The notes beneath the pieces were generated by a model. It saw only the letters and a list, made by a program, of their open reading frames with translations. It did not search any database and was not told the DNA's origin. A stretch of DNA of 64,000 nt. Origin: Lentisphaeria bacterium (GTDB lineage Bacteria > Verrucomicrobiota > Lentisphaeria > JABSQK01 > JAWLHB01). The stretch spans positions 1 to 64,000 of the forward strand of contig JAWLHB010000047.1 of assembly GCA_041690595.1 (NCBI GenBank), read 5' to 3'. Of the stretch, positions 9,332-21,100 are shown piece by piece; position 1 is the first letter of the stretch, and every line of letters starts with the position of its first letter. Both the position numbers and the translations under genes were made by a program.

Positions 9332-11083
9332 CTAGTCGGGCGACGGGATTTCCACTTCTGTCTGGCAGGCAGGGCATTCGATGTCGATGCCGACCCAATC
9401 CACCTCAGCCGTCAACTTCTGGCCACAGGAGGGGCACCTGAACTGGAACTCGCCAGCCTGGAGTGCGGAGGCCGTTGGCTCAGGCTCGGGGGTTGGCTCA
9501 GGCTCGGGAGTGGGCTCGGGAGTGGGCTCGGGCTCGGGAGTGGGCTCGGGCTCAGGCGTTGGCTCGGGCTCGGGTGTTGGCTCGGGCTCGGGTGTGGGCT
9601 CGGGCTCGGGTGCAGGCTCGGGCTCGGGCCGGGCGGGGGGTGGCGCGGCTGTGGGACGGGGGGCTTCGACCTCTGTAGGCGGCGGCAGAGAGCTGACAAA
9701 TGCGGCTTGCAGATCGACATCGAGTTGGGCGGAGCATGCTTCGGAGGCTGTTCGCGCCAAGCGGCCGAGATGGCTGCCGATGAGACGCACGGCAAGGCCA
9801 AGCGGCTTGATCACGCCATGGCCGATCGCCAGTATGGCGGCGCCGACCGCCTTGCCCGCGAGACTGCCGCCGATGCGCCTGCCATCGACCAGACCTTCCA
9901 CCACCTTGGGGGCTGCGTCTTCGCGGAGCAGCAGGCGGCAGTTGGTTTCCTGGCAAAGCGCAGCCAGCTCTTCGGCCTGAGCGGTATCGAGAGGTTGATC
10001 GTGCAGCCAGAGGAGATTGACCGTACGCCGCGCTCGGGCGCGCACCTGGCGATGGCGGTCGAGCCACGTCAGCAGACGGCGGATCATACGCTCTCCGCGG
10101 ATGCGATCCTGGATGGTCACAACGGCGTCGCCAAACCAAGCGGCATCCAGGAGCTGGTCGTCGGCGTAGCGCGTACCATCGGTGCATGACACGCCATGGC
10201 TCTGCCAGGGAAGGCGACCGGCTTCCGTCTCCGGCCAGATGTCGCGCGGGCCAAAAAGGATGAAGGACTCTCCCTTTCTGACGCATGTCATGAGAAAGCG
10301 CCGCATGTTGGCGGCGGTGGCATGGCGAATGGCCAGTGCATGCTGCTTGCGCGATACGGAGTCCACAAAAGCTCCGGCCACGGGCAGCGGGTAGACCCCT
10401 CCCCCGATCTCGTTGAAACGGAGGAGGTAGTCGATCACCACCAGCAGCAGGGCAAAGATGAGGACGATCCGTGCCATGCGGCGGTTGTAGGCGTCGTACC
10501 GATCCGCCTCGGCCAGTTGATCGGCCCGCATCCGGCGCACGCCGGATGCGGCTTCGGCTTCCTGCTTCGCCGCCTGTTCCTGACGGAGAATCTCGTTTAC
10601 CGATAGGCCGTCACGTTGCAGCGTCTTGCCGGCCGCGCGTTCACGCTTGCCGAGATTTCGGTAGCTGTACTGCTGGAATTTCTCGACCTCGCTCTTGAGA
10701 ATGGCCTCTTCGTACTGGTCTGCCGGTTCGGCGATGCCGGCATAGTCGTAACGGTCATCGGCGTCGTCTTCGGCAAAGCGGATATCGGCGGCTTGTCCGG
10801 CGAGCTTCTCTCGGGAAAGCTCCTGGCGCTCCATGATGCGCTCGCGCAACTGTTCGAATTCATAGGCGCGATCCACTTCGATGGCGCCTATGGCGATGGA
10901 ATTGGCCTTGGCCAGGCCGATGCCGACGAGAGCCAGCGCCAAGGCGAGCCAGAGTCCCCCGGTCCGCAAGCGTGCGGGCAGGGCAAGCGCGGCCAGCATG
11001 GCAACAAGCGCCCCACCCCATAACCAGATGGAGGTCATGCCGAGGGTGCCGAAATAGTCTTGCAGATGGCCAAAGTCGATCAT
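9332..11083 (-). CDS. Membrane protein with PEPEPT-repeat linker and C-terminal Zn ribbon
   Basis: About 3 TM segments, a charged soluble domain, 52-aa Pro/Glu/Thr repeat, then CPSC...CPAC; ATGA overlap with the upstream gene. Confidence 0.8.
   Translation of the reverse strand: MIDFGHLQDYFGTLGMTSIWLWGGALVAMLAALALPARLRTGGLWLALALALVGIGLAKANSIAIGAIEVDRAYEFEQLRERIMERQELSREKLAGQAADIRFAEDDADDRYDYAGIAEPADQYEEAILKSEVEKFQQYSYRNLGKRERAAGKTLQRDGLSVNEILRQEQAAKQEAEAASGVRRMRADQLAEADRYDAYNRRMARIVLIFALLLVVIDYLLRFNEIGGGVYPLPVAGAFVDSVSRKQHALAIRHATAANMRRFLMTCVRKGESFILFGPRDIWPETEAGRLPWQSHGVSCTDGTRYADDQLLDAAWFGDAVVTIQDRIRGERMIRRLLTWLDRHRQVRARARRTVNLLWLHDQPLDTAQAEELAALCQETNCRLLLREDAAPKVVEGLVDGRRIGGSLAGKAVGAAILAIGHGVIKPLGLAVRLIGSHLGRLARTASEACSAQLDVDLQAAFVSSLPPPTEVEAPRPTAAPPPARPEPEPAPEPEPTPEPEPTPEPEPTPEPEPTPEPEPTPEPTPEPEPTPEPEPTASALQAGEFQFRCPSCGQKLTAEVDWVGIDIECPACQTEVEIPSPD
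9474..9628 (-). repeat. Coding tandem repeat, 18-bp unit encoding PEPEP(T/A): eight hexapeptides plus one PEPT
   Basis: Imperfect GGCTCGGGCTCGGGxGT units, mostly varying at synonymous positions. Confidence 0.9.
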
Positions 11084-12732
11084 TTGCGGTACTTGCGGGT
11101 TTCCTGGAGGTATTGCGTAAAGGCATAGTAGATGATGTTGACGCCGAGATCGAAGCTGACCTCCACGAGAGCCGGATCGGCGCCGGAATGACCCGTCTTC
11201 CAGGCATCACCGATATCGCCCGGGTGGTAGTAGACAATCCAGCGGCCGCGATGCTTCATCCCCATCGCCTTGTTGCCGCCATGATGCCACAACGGCGGGG
11301 CTCCGTTCGGCAACAGATACGGGAACTGGTAGAGCGGATCGTCATCGGAGACGGTGATCAAGGGCTTGTCGGGAAAGGTGGCGGCCATGAAGGCGCGAAA
11401 GCTGCGATCCCACTGGGGGCTGCCGGCATCGGCAAAGAGCATGCCGCCATCGAGCAGGTAATCACGCAGTATGCGACTGTCGGCCGCACTGATCGCGATG
11501 TTGCCCGATCCCGTCATGTAGACGAAGGGGGGGGCATAGCCCTTGGAATAATCCTTCAGTTGGCGCACGGCGTTGCTTTCGGGCTGCTTCGCTACCTTGA
11601 AGCCGGTGCGGCGGTGGAAAGCCTCCAGGAAGTTGAGATCGGCCCGCTGTTTAGCATCCATGCCGTCATCCCAGTCAGGGCCGCGATACTCCAAGCGGAT
11701 AAAGCGAACGACGGCCCCGTCCATTCCGTCCGGCCAGCCTGGCCCCTGCCCCGGTTGATTTCCGGCGCCGTGGACGGCATTCGGATCGGCAACGTGACGC
11801 AGTTGGGTCGCCAACTCCACCTGTTGTTCGACCTCCGACTGATCGAGGTCGGGCACCTGATAGATGATGGCGGAGTTTGGATTGAGGATGAACTTCTGCT
11901 TTTTCTTCTTGGGCGGTTTGACGATTTGCACCAGCGTGATGGCGGGGTTGCCGGAGCCCTTGGGTACCGTATAGTCTTCGACGCAGCCACGCATGCGCAG
12001 GAGCCATGGGATGATGACGATGATCAGGAGGTGACCGGCGAGAGATCCGTACATGCTGCGGCGGTAGAGCGGATCGCGGCCATCACTACGGATGCTTTCG
12101 AAGAGCTGGTCACCCAGCGCGGGATCCGGTGTCGTCTCGCCGCAGTACACGTTGATCACCCGCCGCCGCCAGGCGATCAGGTGCATGACGGCAAGGAAGA
12201 GGAAGAGGAGCCCCAGCGGCATCATCAACCACCAGCCCCAGTGAAAGGCAATGACATTATCGACGGGCTGTCCCAGCACCGTGAGCTGCTGGTCGGCGAA
12301 GAGTGAAAGCATCCGGTAGATGGCAAAAGCGGTGACCCCAAGCACGGCATAGCCGAGGATGTAGCATTTGCGCAGGAAGGAGAGCGTGCTGGGCTGGAGG
12401 CGTCGTCCAATCACCATGCCAATGAGGATGACCAGTAGCGAAACGGCGCAGATGGCGATGCAGCCGATCAGGAGAATGGGCATCCCCTCCTGGATCAGGA
12501 TCTGTCTGACGATTTCGTCGTCGTACCAGATCGGCTCGTAGAGCCGCCCAAGATAGAGGCCGTACTGCACGAAGGCGAGGACAAAGATCCCCAGCGAGAA
12601 GCTCAGGAGGGAGGGCAGAGGCTGGAGACCGGCCCGGGAGCCGATCCGGCCCAGCGTTCGAGCCGTTCGCCGGATCCGGAGGACGCCGGCAGCAGTGAAT
12701 TGTGCGGGGGAGCTGGTCACATTACCACTCAA
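11080..12732 (-). CDS. Multi-TM protein with C-terminal DUF4159-like domain
   Basis: About 5 TM segments, the last with SLAGH; C-terminal PFVYMTG...[14 protein letters not shown]...DDPLY pattern recognised as DUF4159. Confidence 0.8.
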   Translation of the reverse strand: MSGNVTSSPAQFTAAGVLRIRRTARTLGRIGSRAGLQPLPSLLSFSLGIFVLAFVQYGLYLGRLYEPIWYDDEIVRQILIQEGMPILLIGCIAICAVSLLVILIGMVIGRRLQPSTLSFLRKCYILGYAVLGVTAFAIYRMLSLFADQQLTVLGQPVDNVIAFHWGWWLMMPLGLLFLFLAVMHLIAWRRRVINVYCGETTPDPALGDQLFESIRSDGRDPLYRRSMYGSLAGHLLIIVIIPWLLRMRGCVEDYTVPKGSGNPAITLVQIVKPPKKKKQKFILNPNSAIIYQVPDLDQSEVEQQVELATQLRHVADPNAVHGAGNQPGQGPGWPDGMDGAVVRFIRLEYRGPDWDDGMDAKQRADLNFLEAFHRRTGFKVAKQPESNAVRQLKDYSKGYAPPFVYMTGSGNIAISAADSRILRDYLLDGGMLFADAGSPQWDRSFRAFMAATFPDKPLITVSDDDPLYQFPYLLPNGAPPLWHHGGNKAMGMKHRGRWIVYYHPGDIGDAWKTGHSGADPALVEVSFDLGVNIIYYAFTQYLQETRKYRK

Positions 12733-13127
12733 TCGATGCGGGTATCGTCAATGCCGATGCCGAGGGTGTCGGGCTCGGAGGGGATCTCATCGGGGGAAGC
12801 AGTCTCTTCGAGTCGCTTTTCGATCTCGCTCATGGCGGCTGGGGGAGAATCGCTGTTGTCGGTGGATTGCGCGGTTGCCGGTGAGGCCGTGGCGGCGGGA
12901 CTGGGCGTGGCGGCAGGGGCGGCAACGGGTGCAACGTTCTGGGCGGCGGGTGGTGCCGGCTTTTCGCCGGTGATGGTAGCGCGCAGGTAGCCGATGGAGA
13001 AGAGGCCGATAACCACGATATGCAGGGCAATGCCGATGAGGACGTTGCGCCAGAATCGAGTTTCGACAAAGGGGGCGATCAGCTTGTGGGGTGAGAGCTT
13101 GAGAATTTCCTGATTCTTATCGTTCAT
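12729..13127 (-). CDS. Small single-TM protein with Pro/Ala-rich linker
   Basis: TM GIALHIVVIGLFS followed by PAPPAA...PAATPSPAA and an acidic tail; AGGAG RBS. Confidence 0.75.
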   Translation of the reverse strand: MNDKNQEILKLSPHKLIAPFVETRFWRNVLIGIALHIVVIGLFSIGYLRATITGEKPAPPAAQNVAPVAAPAATPSPAATASPATAQSTDNSDSPPAAMSEIEKRLEETASPDEIPSEPDTLGIGIDDTRID

Positions 13128-13150
13128 CGACTATCTCCTGGTAAAGAGTG

Positions 13151-13582
13151 CTATGGGCCTTCGAGGCCGGTTGCGGCAATGATGCCCCCACCCTTGCTGA
13201 TGGCGGCCATGACGGGTATGAAGGTGTCGCGATTGAGATTCCTGTCAGCGCGAAAGATGACTTGGCGGATCTTGTCGTCGCTGTCGTTGGGTGAAAGCAG
13301 GCGGCGGCGCATTTCGATCTTGGCCTGCACGGACTGCTCGACGGCCTTGGCATCGGGATGGAGGGCACCATCGACGAAGATGCGGCCGATCCGATCGATG
13401 CCAACGGTGATGGCCGTCTGCTCGAGCTTTTCCAGTTGCTCCGCGGTGGGTGGATCCAGATCGAGATTGTTCTTGGCGAAATTGGAGCAGACCATGAAGA
13501 AGATGATCAGGAGGAAAGCGATATCGCCCATGCTGGCGACGGGCACCATGATCTTGTTCTTTTTCGGTTTATGCTTTCGCAT
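13151..13582 (-). CDS. ExbD/TolR-family biopolymer transport protein
   Basis: SMGDIAFLLIIFFMV TM with the conserved Asp; VIFRADR periplasmic motif; GGAGGAG RBS. Confidence 0.9.
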   Translation of the reverse strand: MRKHKPKKNKIMVPVASMGDIAFLLIIFFMVCSNFAKNNLDLDPPTAEQLEKLEQTAITVGIDRIGRIFVDGALHPDAKAVEQSVQAKIEMRRRLLSPNDSDDKIRQVIFRADRNLNRDTFIPVMAAISKGGGIIAATGLEGP

Positions 13583-13585
13583 CGG

Positions 13586-13993
13586 TCACTCCTCCGACTC
13601 GGGATCGACCATGGCAATGGCGCCCCCGGCGTTGGTAATCATGGTCATCACCCGATAGTAAAGCTGATAGTTGACTTCGCCGCTGGTTTCGAGCAGGATC
13701 ACCTTGTCGTTGTCGCTCTTGTCACGCAGGCCCATGTCGGTCAATTTCTGGGCGAGCTGCTCAAGGCTGAGCTGCTCATCGTTGAGGCTGATGTTGCCAT
13801 CGTAGAGGTTGACGACATTGGTCTTGTCTGAAGGGGCATCCGACTTGTCGCCGGCGGGAATTTCCGTGTAGAAGCCGCGCAGCTGGGTGAGGGTGGTGGC
13901 GAGGATGAAGAAGATAATGAGGAGAAAGGCAATATCGGAAAAGGAACTGACGGGGACGTCCGGTTCCGCATGTTGTCCTTTCTGGCGACGCAT
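13586..13993 (-). CDS. ExbD/TolR-family biopolymer transport protein (second paralogue)
   Basis: SFSDIAFLLIIFFIL TM with the conserved Asp; small periplasmic domain. Confidence 0.9.
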   Translation of the reverse strand: MRRQKGQHAEPDVPVSSFSDIAFLLIIFFILATTLTQLRGFYTEIPAGDKSDAPSDKTNVVNLYDGNISLNDEQLSLEQLAQKLTDMGLRDKSDNDKVILLETSGEVNYQLYYRVMTMITNAGGAIAMVDPESEE

Positions 13994-13995
13994 GA

Positions 13996-14655
13996 TCAGG
14001 CAGCCTCGCCATGGGTCTTGGGATGAACGGTCAGGTATTCCAGCAGTTCGGAGGAGGCCTCGTCGACTTCCAGCTCGATCTTCTCGGTTTCGGCGGTGAA
14101 GATGTTGTAGGGGATGACGGCGGCCAGGGCGATCAGGAGTCCCGCGGCCGTGGTCACGAGGGCTTCGGAGATACCACCGGCGACAGCGCCCGGATCCAGG
14201 CCTGCCGCCATCTGCAGCTCGGCGAAGGCGCTGATCATACCGGTGACGGTTCCCGCCATGCCGAAGAGAGGCGCCGCATTGCCGACGGTAGCCAACACGT
14301 TGAGCCGCTTGCCGACGGCGCTCAAGGCATGATAGGAGTAGTCCTCCATTGACTTCTCGGTGGAGGCGCGGACCATCTCGGGCGGCTCTTCGAGGCCGCT
14401 GTACTTGACGAAGGACTGGAGGCCGGTAAGCATGACGGCGGAGACGGGGCCCGGAGTGCTCTGGCAGAAGGTGGCCGCTTCATAGAGATTACCGTCTCGC
14501 ACCAGGCTCATCACGCGACTGCGGAGGGCCTCGGTATTCAGTTTTCGGTATCGGTAGAAAACGAGGAAGCGATCGAGAACGACAGCAGCCGTGAGGATAC
14601 TGCAGACCAGCAGGGGAATCATCATCCAGCTGCCTTTGATGAGTGTCTCGAGCAT
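13996..14655 (-). CDS. MotA/TolQ/ExbB proton-channel family protein
   Basis: APLFGMAGTVTGMI and GGISEALVTTAAGL motifs; start re-chosen at ATG 14655 (AGGAG RBS). Confidence 0.92.
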   Translation of the reverse strand: MLETLIKGSWMMIPLLVCSILTAAVVLDRFLVFYRYRKLNTEALRSRVMSLVRDGNLYEAATFCQSTPGPVSAVMLTGLQSFVKYSGLEEPPEMVRASTEKSMEDYSYHALSAVGKRLNVLATVGNAAPLFGMAGTVTGMISAFAELQMAAGLDPGAVAGGISEALVTTAAGLLIALAAVIPYNIFTAETEKIELEVDEASSELLEYLTVHPKTHGEAA

Positions 14656-14659
14656 GGGG

Positions 14660-15103
14660 TCAAAACTCCTTTGTCGTTGCGGCAATTTGGGCGAGCACCT
14701 GCCGCGCCTCGTCGGCCGAGATGCGGAGCGTGCGTAGAATGGTGGTGGAGCGCGGCGCGGCCAGCACCAGTTCACCGGTTATCGGGTTATGGAAAGAAGC
14801 CTGAATGCGGTCCAGGCGATAGCGTTCGACGTGGTCACCGCGGCCAACCGCGAAGAGGAGCAGTTCCTCGGGCATCGCAGCCAACCAGAGGCAACGGCGA
14901 CGAAACCAGAGCCCCACATCGACTCGCGTTCTCGTGCGCAGGAGCAGGTAGAGCGGCTGGCCATTCCGCAGATTCGTCAGCGTCCGTGCCTCGAATGGAG
15001 TCAGAGCCGCCACGGCGGGATGCCCGTGTTCGAGCGGGGTGCTGAACGGCACGGGCAGAAAGTCCCGCGGCCCGCTCCCAACCATGTCTGTCCCTCCAGT
15101 CAT
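14660..15103 (-). CDS. Hypothetical soluble protein (147 aa or slightly shorter)
   Basis: Fills the gap between the giant TPR gene and the ExbB-like gene with 3-4 nt spacing; no motif recognised. Confidence 0.7.
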   Translation of the reverse strand: MTGGTDMVGSGPRDFLPVPFSTPLEHGHPAVAALTPFEARTLTNLRNGQPLYLLLRTRTRVDVGLWFRRRCLWLAAMPEELLLFAVGRGDHVERYRLDRIQASFHNPITGELVLAAPRSTTILRTLRISADEARQVLAQIAATTKEF

Positions 15104-15106
15104 AGG

Positions 15107-18100
15107 CTACTGCAACTGCAACTTGTTGAGGTTTGGATCTGTCAGCCGTCCGCGGGCGAACTTGGCCCAGCGGCTCTCGGGATAGTCCCAAGTGAGCTTG
15201 GTGAAGGCTTTGTAGGCATCTTCATAACGGCGCATCTCCATCTGGCAATGGCCTGCCCAGTACATGGATTCGGAGCGCAGATCCTTGTCCAGCTCGACAT
15301 CTTCGTAGACTTTGGTGAAGACCTCGATGGAACGCGGCAGATCCTCAGCTCGCATGTAACACTGGGCGGAGAGCATGATCGTCTTGCCGGAGAGGGTATG
15401 GTCGGGGAAGCGCTCGGAGAGGCGGCCGAAGACGCTGGCCGCGGTCTTGAAGGTGTCGACGTACTGGCGGCGGAGCTTCTCCTTCTGGACGGGATCGGTC
15501 TGGCTATCCGCTTCATCCTTGATTTCCTTCCCCTTGGTGAGGAAGTACTGGCCGAGTCGAGCGATGGTTTCGGCGACGAGTTCATTGTCGGGATAGCGGT
15601 AGGAGAGCTTGACGTATTCGGCACAGGCCTGGTCGATCTGTCCCATTTTTTCGTAGACCAGTCCTTTCTTGTACTGCGCTTTTGGGGCGTAAGGGCTATC
15701 GGGATAGCTGGCGACGATGTCGTTGAAGGCGGCGACGGCGGAGATGTAGTTGTCCTTCTTGTCGGTCTCGTTTTCGGAGAGGTCGCCGTATTCGTAGGTG
15801 AGGTTGGCAAGGAGATACTCGGCTTGAGCCTGGACACTGCCATCGGGATTGTCGCGGATGGCTTCGGCGAGGAGCCGCCTGGCCTGACTCATCTCGCGGC
15901 GGGCCAGGGATTCCTGCCCAAGGGTGTGGTGCTTCTTGGCGAGTTCGAAATAGGCTTCGGCGACCATGAACTGAGTCTGGACGGCCGTTTCCTTGTCGCG
16001 GTATCGCTTGGTGAAGGGCTGCACGTCGCCATCGGCCCCACGATGCACCTCAAGCGAGGCGGCGGCAATTGCATTGCCCGCGGCATCACGATATTCGAGG
16101 GCGATGAGATCGCCGTAATCGACGGGGAGGACGCCGGGGCGATCCAGTGCCTCGGTTTCTTCCTGATAGACCAGGCGCATCAAGCCCTTGAAGGCACCTG
16201 TATGCGCGAAGGATTCCGCCAGTTTCAGGGTGCGCGAATCGCCCTTGCGATTGGTGATCACCACCTCGACTTCGTCCTTGTCATCCGAAACATCACGGGT
16301 GCGTTCGATGACGCGCAGATAGACGGTCTCGCCAACATAGGCAGCCGTGACATCTTCCTGGAACTTGCGGTCCATGACGTCGAAGAAGATGTCGCTGGTC
16401 AGTTCGACCTGGCGGACGATCCACTGCTCGGCGCCGGCGGAATCGGTATACTTGAAGCCGACAAAGATGGTGTCGTCGCCCTGTATGGCCAGCTTGGGGC
16501 GGGCCTCTTCGAGCGCCTGTCCAGTGAGGTTTTCGTCGGGCTCCCAGTTGACCAGAGTATCAGGCGGGAGGAGGTTCAGCGTCATGGGGATGACAAAGGT
16601 AAAGCGGCCATCATCGAGCGGCTCACGCGCCTTGTTGTCGCCGCGCACGATGATATCGAGGTAGCCGGGGGGCGGGATGAGCTTGGGTACATCTCCCGGC
16701 ATGGCGACGATCTTGAGCGTTCCTGGAACGTTTACGGTGAAGGGGTCGTCGGCGGTCACCCCGGCTTTGGCCCTGCCGCGGGAGCTTTGCACAAAGATCT
16801 CTGCTTCACTTTCGGCGGTCAGAGCGAGTTGTGGATAGATGAGTTCGACGACGAGGCTGCTGTCGACCAGAACCGGGGTCGGGGTGGCGGCGTCGGTGGG
16901 TCCGACGGGGCGTGTCAGGAGCATGGAGCGGCGCGGCGCGACATAGTCGTCGAGAGTGGTGGTGGCCTTGTCGCGCTCGACGCCCTGCTCGAGCTGACGT
17001 TCGGTGAGTTCCTGGCTGGTCACTTCGTAGATGCGCAGCTCGGGCTGTTCGAAGATGGCCTGCTCCAGCTTGATCGTCCGATCCCATGGGATGCCGGGTT
17101 CGGTATTCTCGCGGTCATGGTAGGTGACGGTGATTTCGTCGGTGGGTCCGACCTTGATCTCGGTCGGCTTGGTGGGCTCGCCGGCGACGGGGAAAAGGGT
17201 GCCGATAAAGATGCCGGAATGGGGCTCGGTTTCGAGCGCGTCCAGCTCGATGGCTTTGCCATTACCGATTGCGGCCGTGTATTTCACCACGTCCTTCTTG
17301 TCGGTGACATCGGCATCGGGTTCATCGATGTAGATATTGACCTTCTCACCGACCTGGAAGCGGCGCAAGGGAACGTACTCGATCTCGCGAATGCCGTAAC
17401 GGTTGAGGCGATTCTGTACGGAACAGGCCTGGAGGGTCGCATCGCTGTAGGTGGCGGTGAGGAACCCCTCGAGGATCTCGTTGCCCGGGGTCAGTTGCTT
17501 GGGGTCGTTGTAGGTGATGGTGACGCGGTCGCCGGGGACTATCTCCAGGACGTCGTTCTCCTTGAGCTTGCGGAAATCCTGTTCGGTGGGGAGCATGCGC
17601 TTGCCATTGGCGTCAAGGAGGTAGATCTTGCGAATGGCGGGTGCATCCATGCTGAAGTCGACGAGGATGAAGCGCAGGAGGCGTGCGCTGGTGCCTTCGG
17701 CGAAAGCGATGTCGAGCTGGCTGAAGTTGTTCTTCGGGTCGATGGTCGCCTGCCGCTTGGGTAGGTTTTCGGCAATCTTCGGGTTTTCGGTCAGGCTGAA
17801 CATCTCTGGGGGGCAGACGGCCTGGTATGGGGGTTCCGGTACATCGCAGAGGAGATCGAACTTGAGGTCGACGCCGCTGCGGGACCAGACGTAGAGATCG
17901 AGGTAATGCAGCCCGGCGCTCAGGGAGCGGCTGATCTCGAGGGGATTCTCACCCACCTTGCCGTCGATGGCGAAGACGAAGCTGGCATAGTTGCGGTCAT
18001 AGCGGGATTTGGGCTGGAGCTGGAAGACACGCACCTGGCGGCGCTCGACCCAGAAGGCACCGCGAATATGCATCAGGTAGGGCTGGTTGCGGCCCAGGCC

Positions 18101-21100
18101 GAGTTGGCGATCCAGCCCGAAGACGTTGGCGCCTGCTTCGATGGACAGAGATTCGAGCTGCTTCACCTGTTTCTGCTGGCCGTTGACGTACCAAGTGGCT
18201 TCGAGGTACTCCTTGAACTCGGAAAGGGTGCGCGGAATGCCCGGGGTGCGGTATTCCACAAGCTCGGCCTGCAACGATCCGTCCCAAGGCTCGGGGGCCT
18301 GCGGCCAGATCCCGACGGTATGGAAATCGCGGGCATTGAGGGATGTCTGGACGATCATGCTCTTGAGCTGACGGCCGGGGACATCGGTCATCATGGTCAG
18401 GCTCTTCATCTGGACATTGTCGTTGAGATCGATGCTGAAGGTCTTGGGCCGCTGATTGTCGGCGAGGCCCATCCAGGCGGGATAGTCGCCACTGGAGATG
18501 ACGAAGTTGGGGTCGACACCTTCACGGCTATCGGAAGCATAGGCAGTCGCCTGCGCGGAGCCGGTGGTGATCTGACCTTCGAAGATACCGGAGTGGGGCT
18601 CCGTCTCTTCGAGGGTGAAGCGCGGAATGACATCGCCACTGCTGGTCTCGACCCGCACATTGATCTTGTCGTTGGCGGTGGAGGTGCTGCGATCGGGATC
18701 GACAACGCGAACGTAGACGAAATTGCCGGGCTTGACCTGATCGCCGCGGCGGCGATCACGCAAATCGTTGGCGGGATCGTCGGTCGCGCCTTCGAGCCGC
18801 AACTGACGACGAATCATCATCTCGAGATTGCGCTCTTCGATCTGTTCGCCGGTGAGGATTTCGCCGGAGGAGACATAGAGTTCAGCATCGGTGGCGACAT
18901 TGAGGCTGCTGGGTTCGGCTTCGGCGATGCCGTGGCGCTTGCGGAAGGCGGGGCTGAATTCGTAGAAGATGCGGTCATTGCCCAGAAGTTGGAGGATGTT
19001 ATCGTTCTTGACGGCGACATTTAGCGCGGTGGGCAGTTGGCCCTGGAACTTGGTCTTGGTTTCGCCGAACGGAAGCAGACTGAAGGTCTCTTCGTCGCCG
19101 GATTCGGTCCAGGCACGAATTTCGATGCTGCGGGTGGAGCCGACGATCGAGAGATTCTGATCGTCGAGGCTGACTTCGAGGGGCTTGCCTGGCATGATAT
19201 TGCGCTGACTGGACAAGAGCCCCACGCGCAGCTGGGTCGCTTCCATCAGGCGCTTCATGCGGAGATTGACTTCGCCTTCGAGAATGCGTGCTTCGTAATG
19301 GTTGGGGTCGCGCATGAAGACCTGCTCGAGGAATTCCTTGGCACCCTGGTACTCTTCCTGGTCGAATTTGAGTTTGGCCAGCAGGAAGTTGGCGCCAAGC
19401 TGAACATAGTTGGTCTTGAGGCGCAGCAGCTTCTCGAGCCTTTCGGCGGCCTGGTCGTACTGCTTGGTCAGCCGATCGACTTCAGCGATCTTGAGGTTGG
19501 CGTCGAGCTGGGCGCGGGTGCCGTTGAACTCCTTGGCGGCGGCGATGCGCTCGTACTGGGCGCGAGCCCTGGGGAATTCCTCCATGGCAAAGGAGATGTC
19601 AGCATAGGTTAGCAGAAGCTGGGCGCGGGTCTCCTTGTCGAAGGTGACGGGGGAGTTGTCCATCCACTGAATCATGAGGCGGGAGATGCCATTGGCGGCG
19701 TCGAAGTCGCGCAACTGGGTGTTGCGTTGGATCAGCCAGATGGTGAACTGGGTATCGAGTTCCTTGAGGATGCCGGGAATGCGGGCGGCATTGTTCTGGT
19801 AACCTTCCCAGGCGGATTGGTAGTTGCCGGCGAGGAAATCGGCCTGTGCCTGGTAGATCGGGAAGCGGGGGTCGGTGCGTGCCACGGCCACGGCGCCACC
19901 GATGCGGGAGAGGGCTTTGGAGCGCATGGACATGAGCGAGTCCTTGACCTCGTCCGGCATGGCGTTCCCCAGTATCTGGGTGCCGGCCTGACTGTGGACG
20001 GCGACGAGATCGTACTTTTCACGCTCCATGAGGTCGGTGGAGAGATCGGCGACGGCACGCTTGTAACGATCGTCCGCCAGATCGCGGGTAATCGTCCAGA
20101 AATGGGGGATGAGGGGGTAGAGGAGCTGCGCGCGATCCTGCGCGACCAGCGACTGATAGATGATGGCGGGCAGCTCTTCGAATTCCCATCCCCGCCACCA
20201 GCTCAGGGGGGCGCATTCACGCACGAGGCGGATCAGCACGTCGGTCTCGGCGACAGTGATATCTTTCGCCGGTCCAAGGCGCCGCAACTGATTGAGGCGC
20301 GGCGGCGCGACGGCAATGGAGATCTGGCCAGCGCGGTCGATGTAGGTGGTCAAGCGGGCGAAGTAGTCGCTGCGCCCTTGGGGAGAGGCCACATCGGCCT
20401 CGGTGCGGAAATAGCCGCGTCCCATGGCATAGGTGTCATAGCGAGTGGAGCCGAAGAGGGTATCGAGTTTGGCGAGCATGGCGCGGCGCGGCTGGTCGTT
20501 GGCGTTCATGGCGTGATCCTGCCATCGCCAGAATTCGAGTGGAGGGTAAACGACGTCGCCGTTCTTGGCGCCATAGCCGAAGGGGAGAGCGTCCATGGCG
20601 GTAATGAGCCTGGCGGCAGCATCGGCAATCTTGCGTTTCTGATCGCGACCGCGGTTGAAGTAGTAGCTGTCGAGGTAGCCGCTCTTTTCCGCTTCGGCGA
20701 CGAACATGTCATCGAAGTAGCTTTCGAGAGGATAATCCTTGGCCAGGGAGCGAAACTCCTGGTCGACGAGGAACATGTAGGCGCCGGTATCGCTGCGGAC
20801 AGCGGGGTTGGGACGATAGCCGCTGCCGATGAGGATTTTGCTCTCGATCAGCTTGGCGGCAAGGTCGGTACCCAGCTTTTCCTCATTCCATCCAGAACCT
20901 TTGCGGGTGTCGCGGAGGCGGTCAAAGGCCCAGCCCCAGAAATGGCCGCGGTCAATCTGGGCGGCAATACCGTCGGCAAAGCTCTGGTTGTAGGCTTCCG
21001 CGGTAGCGCGTTCCTTTACCGGTGCCAGCCAGCCGTTCCAGGTGGGACGATCCTGAACAAACGTGCCGAGGATCCGGGTCATGGGCCAGGTTGGTTTGGC

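Noticed and set aside
9381..9980. GSGSGV-repeat protein on the + strand
   Set aside because: Antisense reading of the PEPEPT repeat; the minus-strand gene is coupled to its operon.
14789..17764. 991-aa + strand ORF (and similar ORFs at 19727-22108, 23086-24843 and 25865-27049)
   Set aside because: Antisense shadows of the TPR genes caused by GC-rich codon bias; no recognisable motifs.
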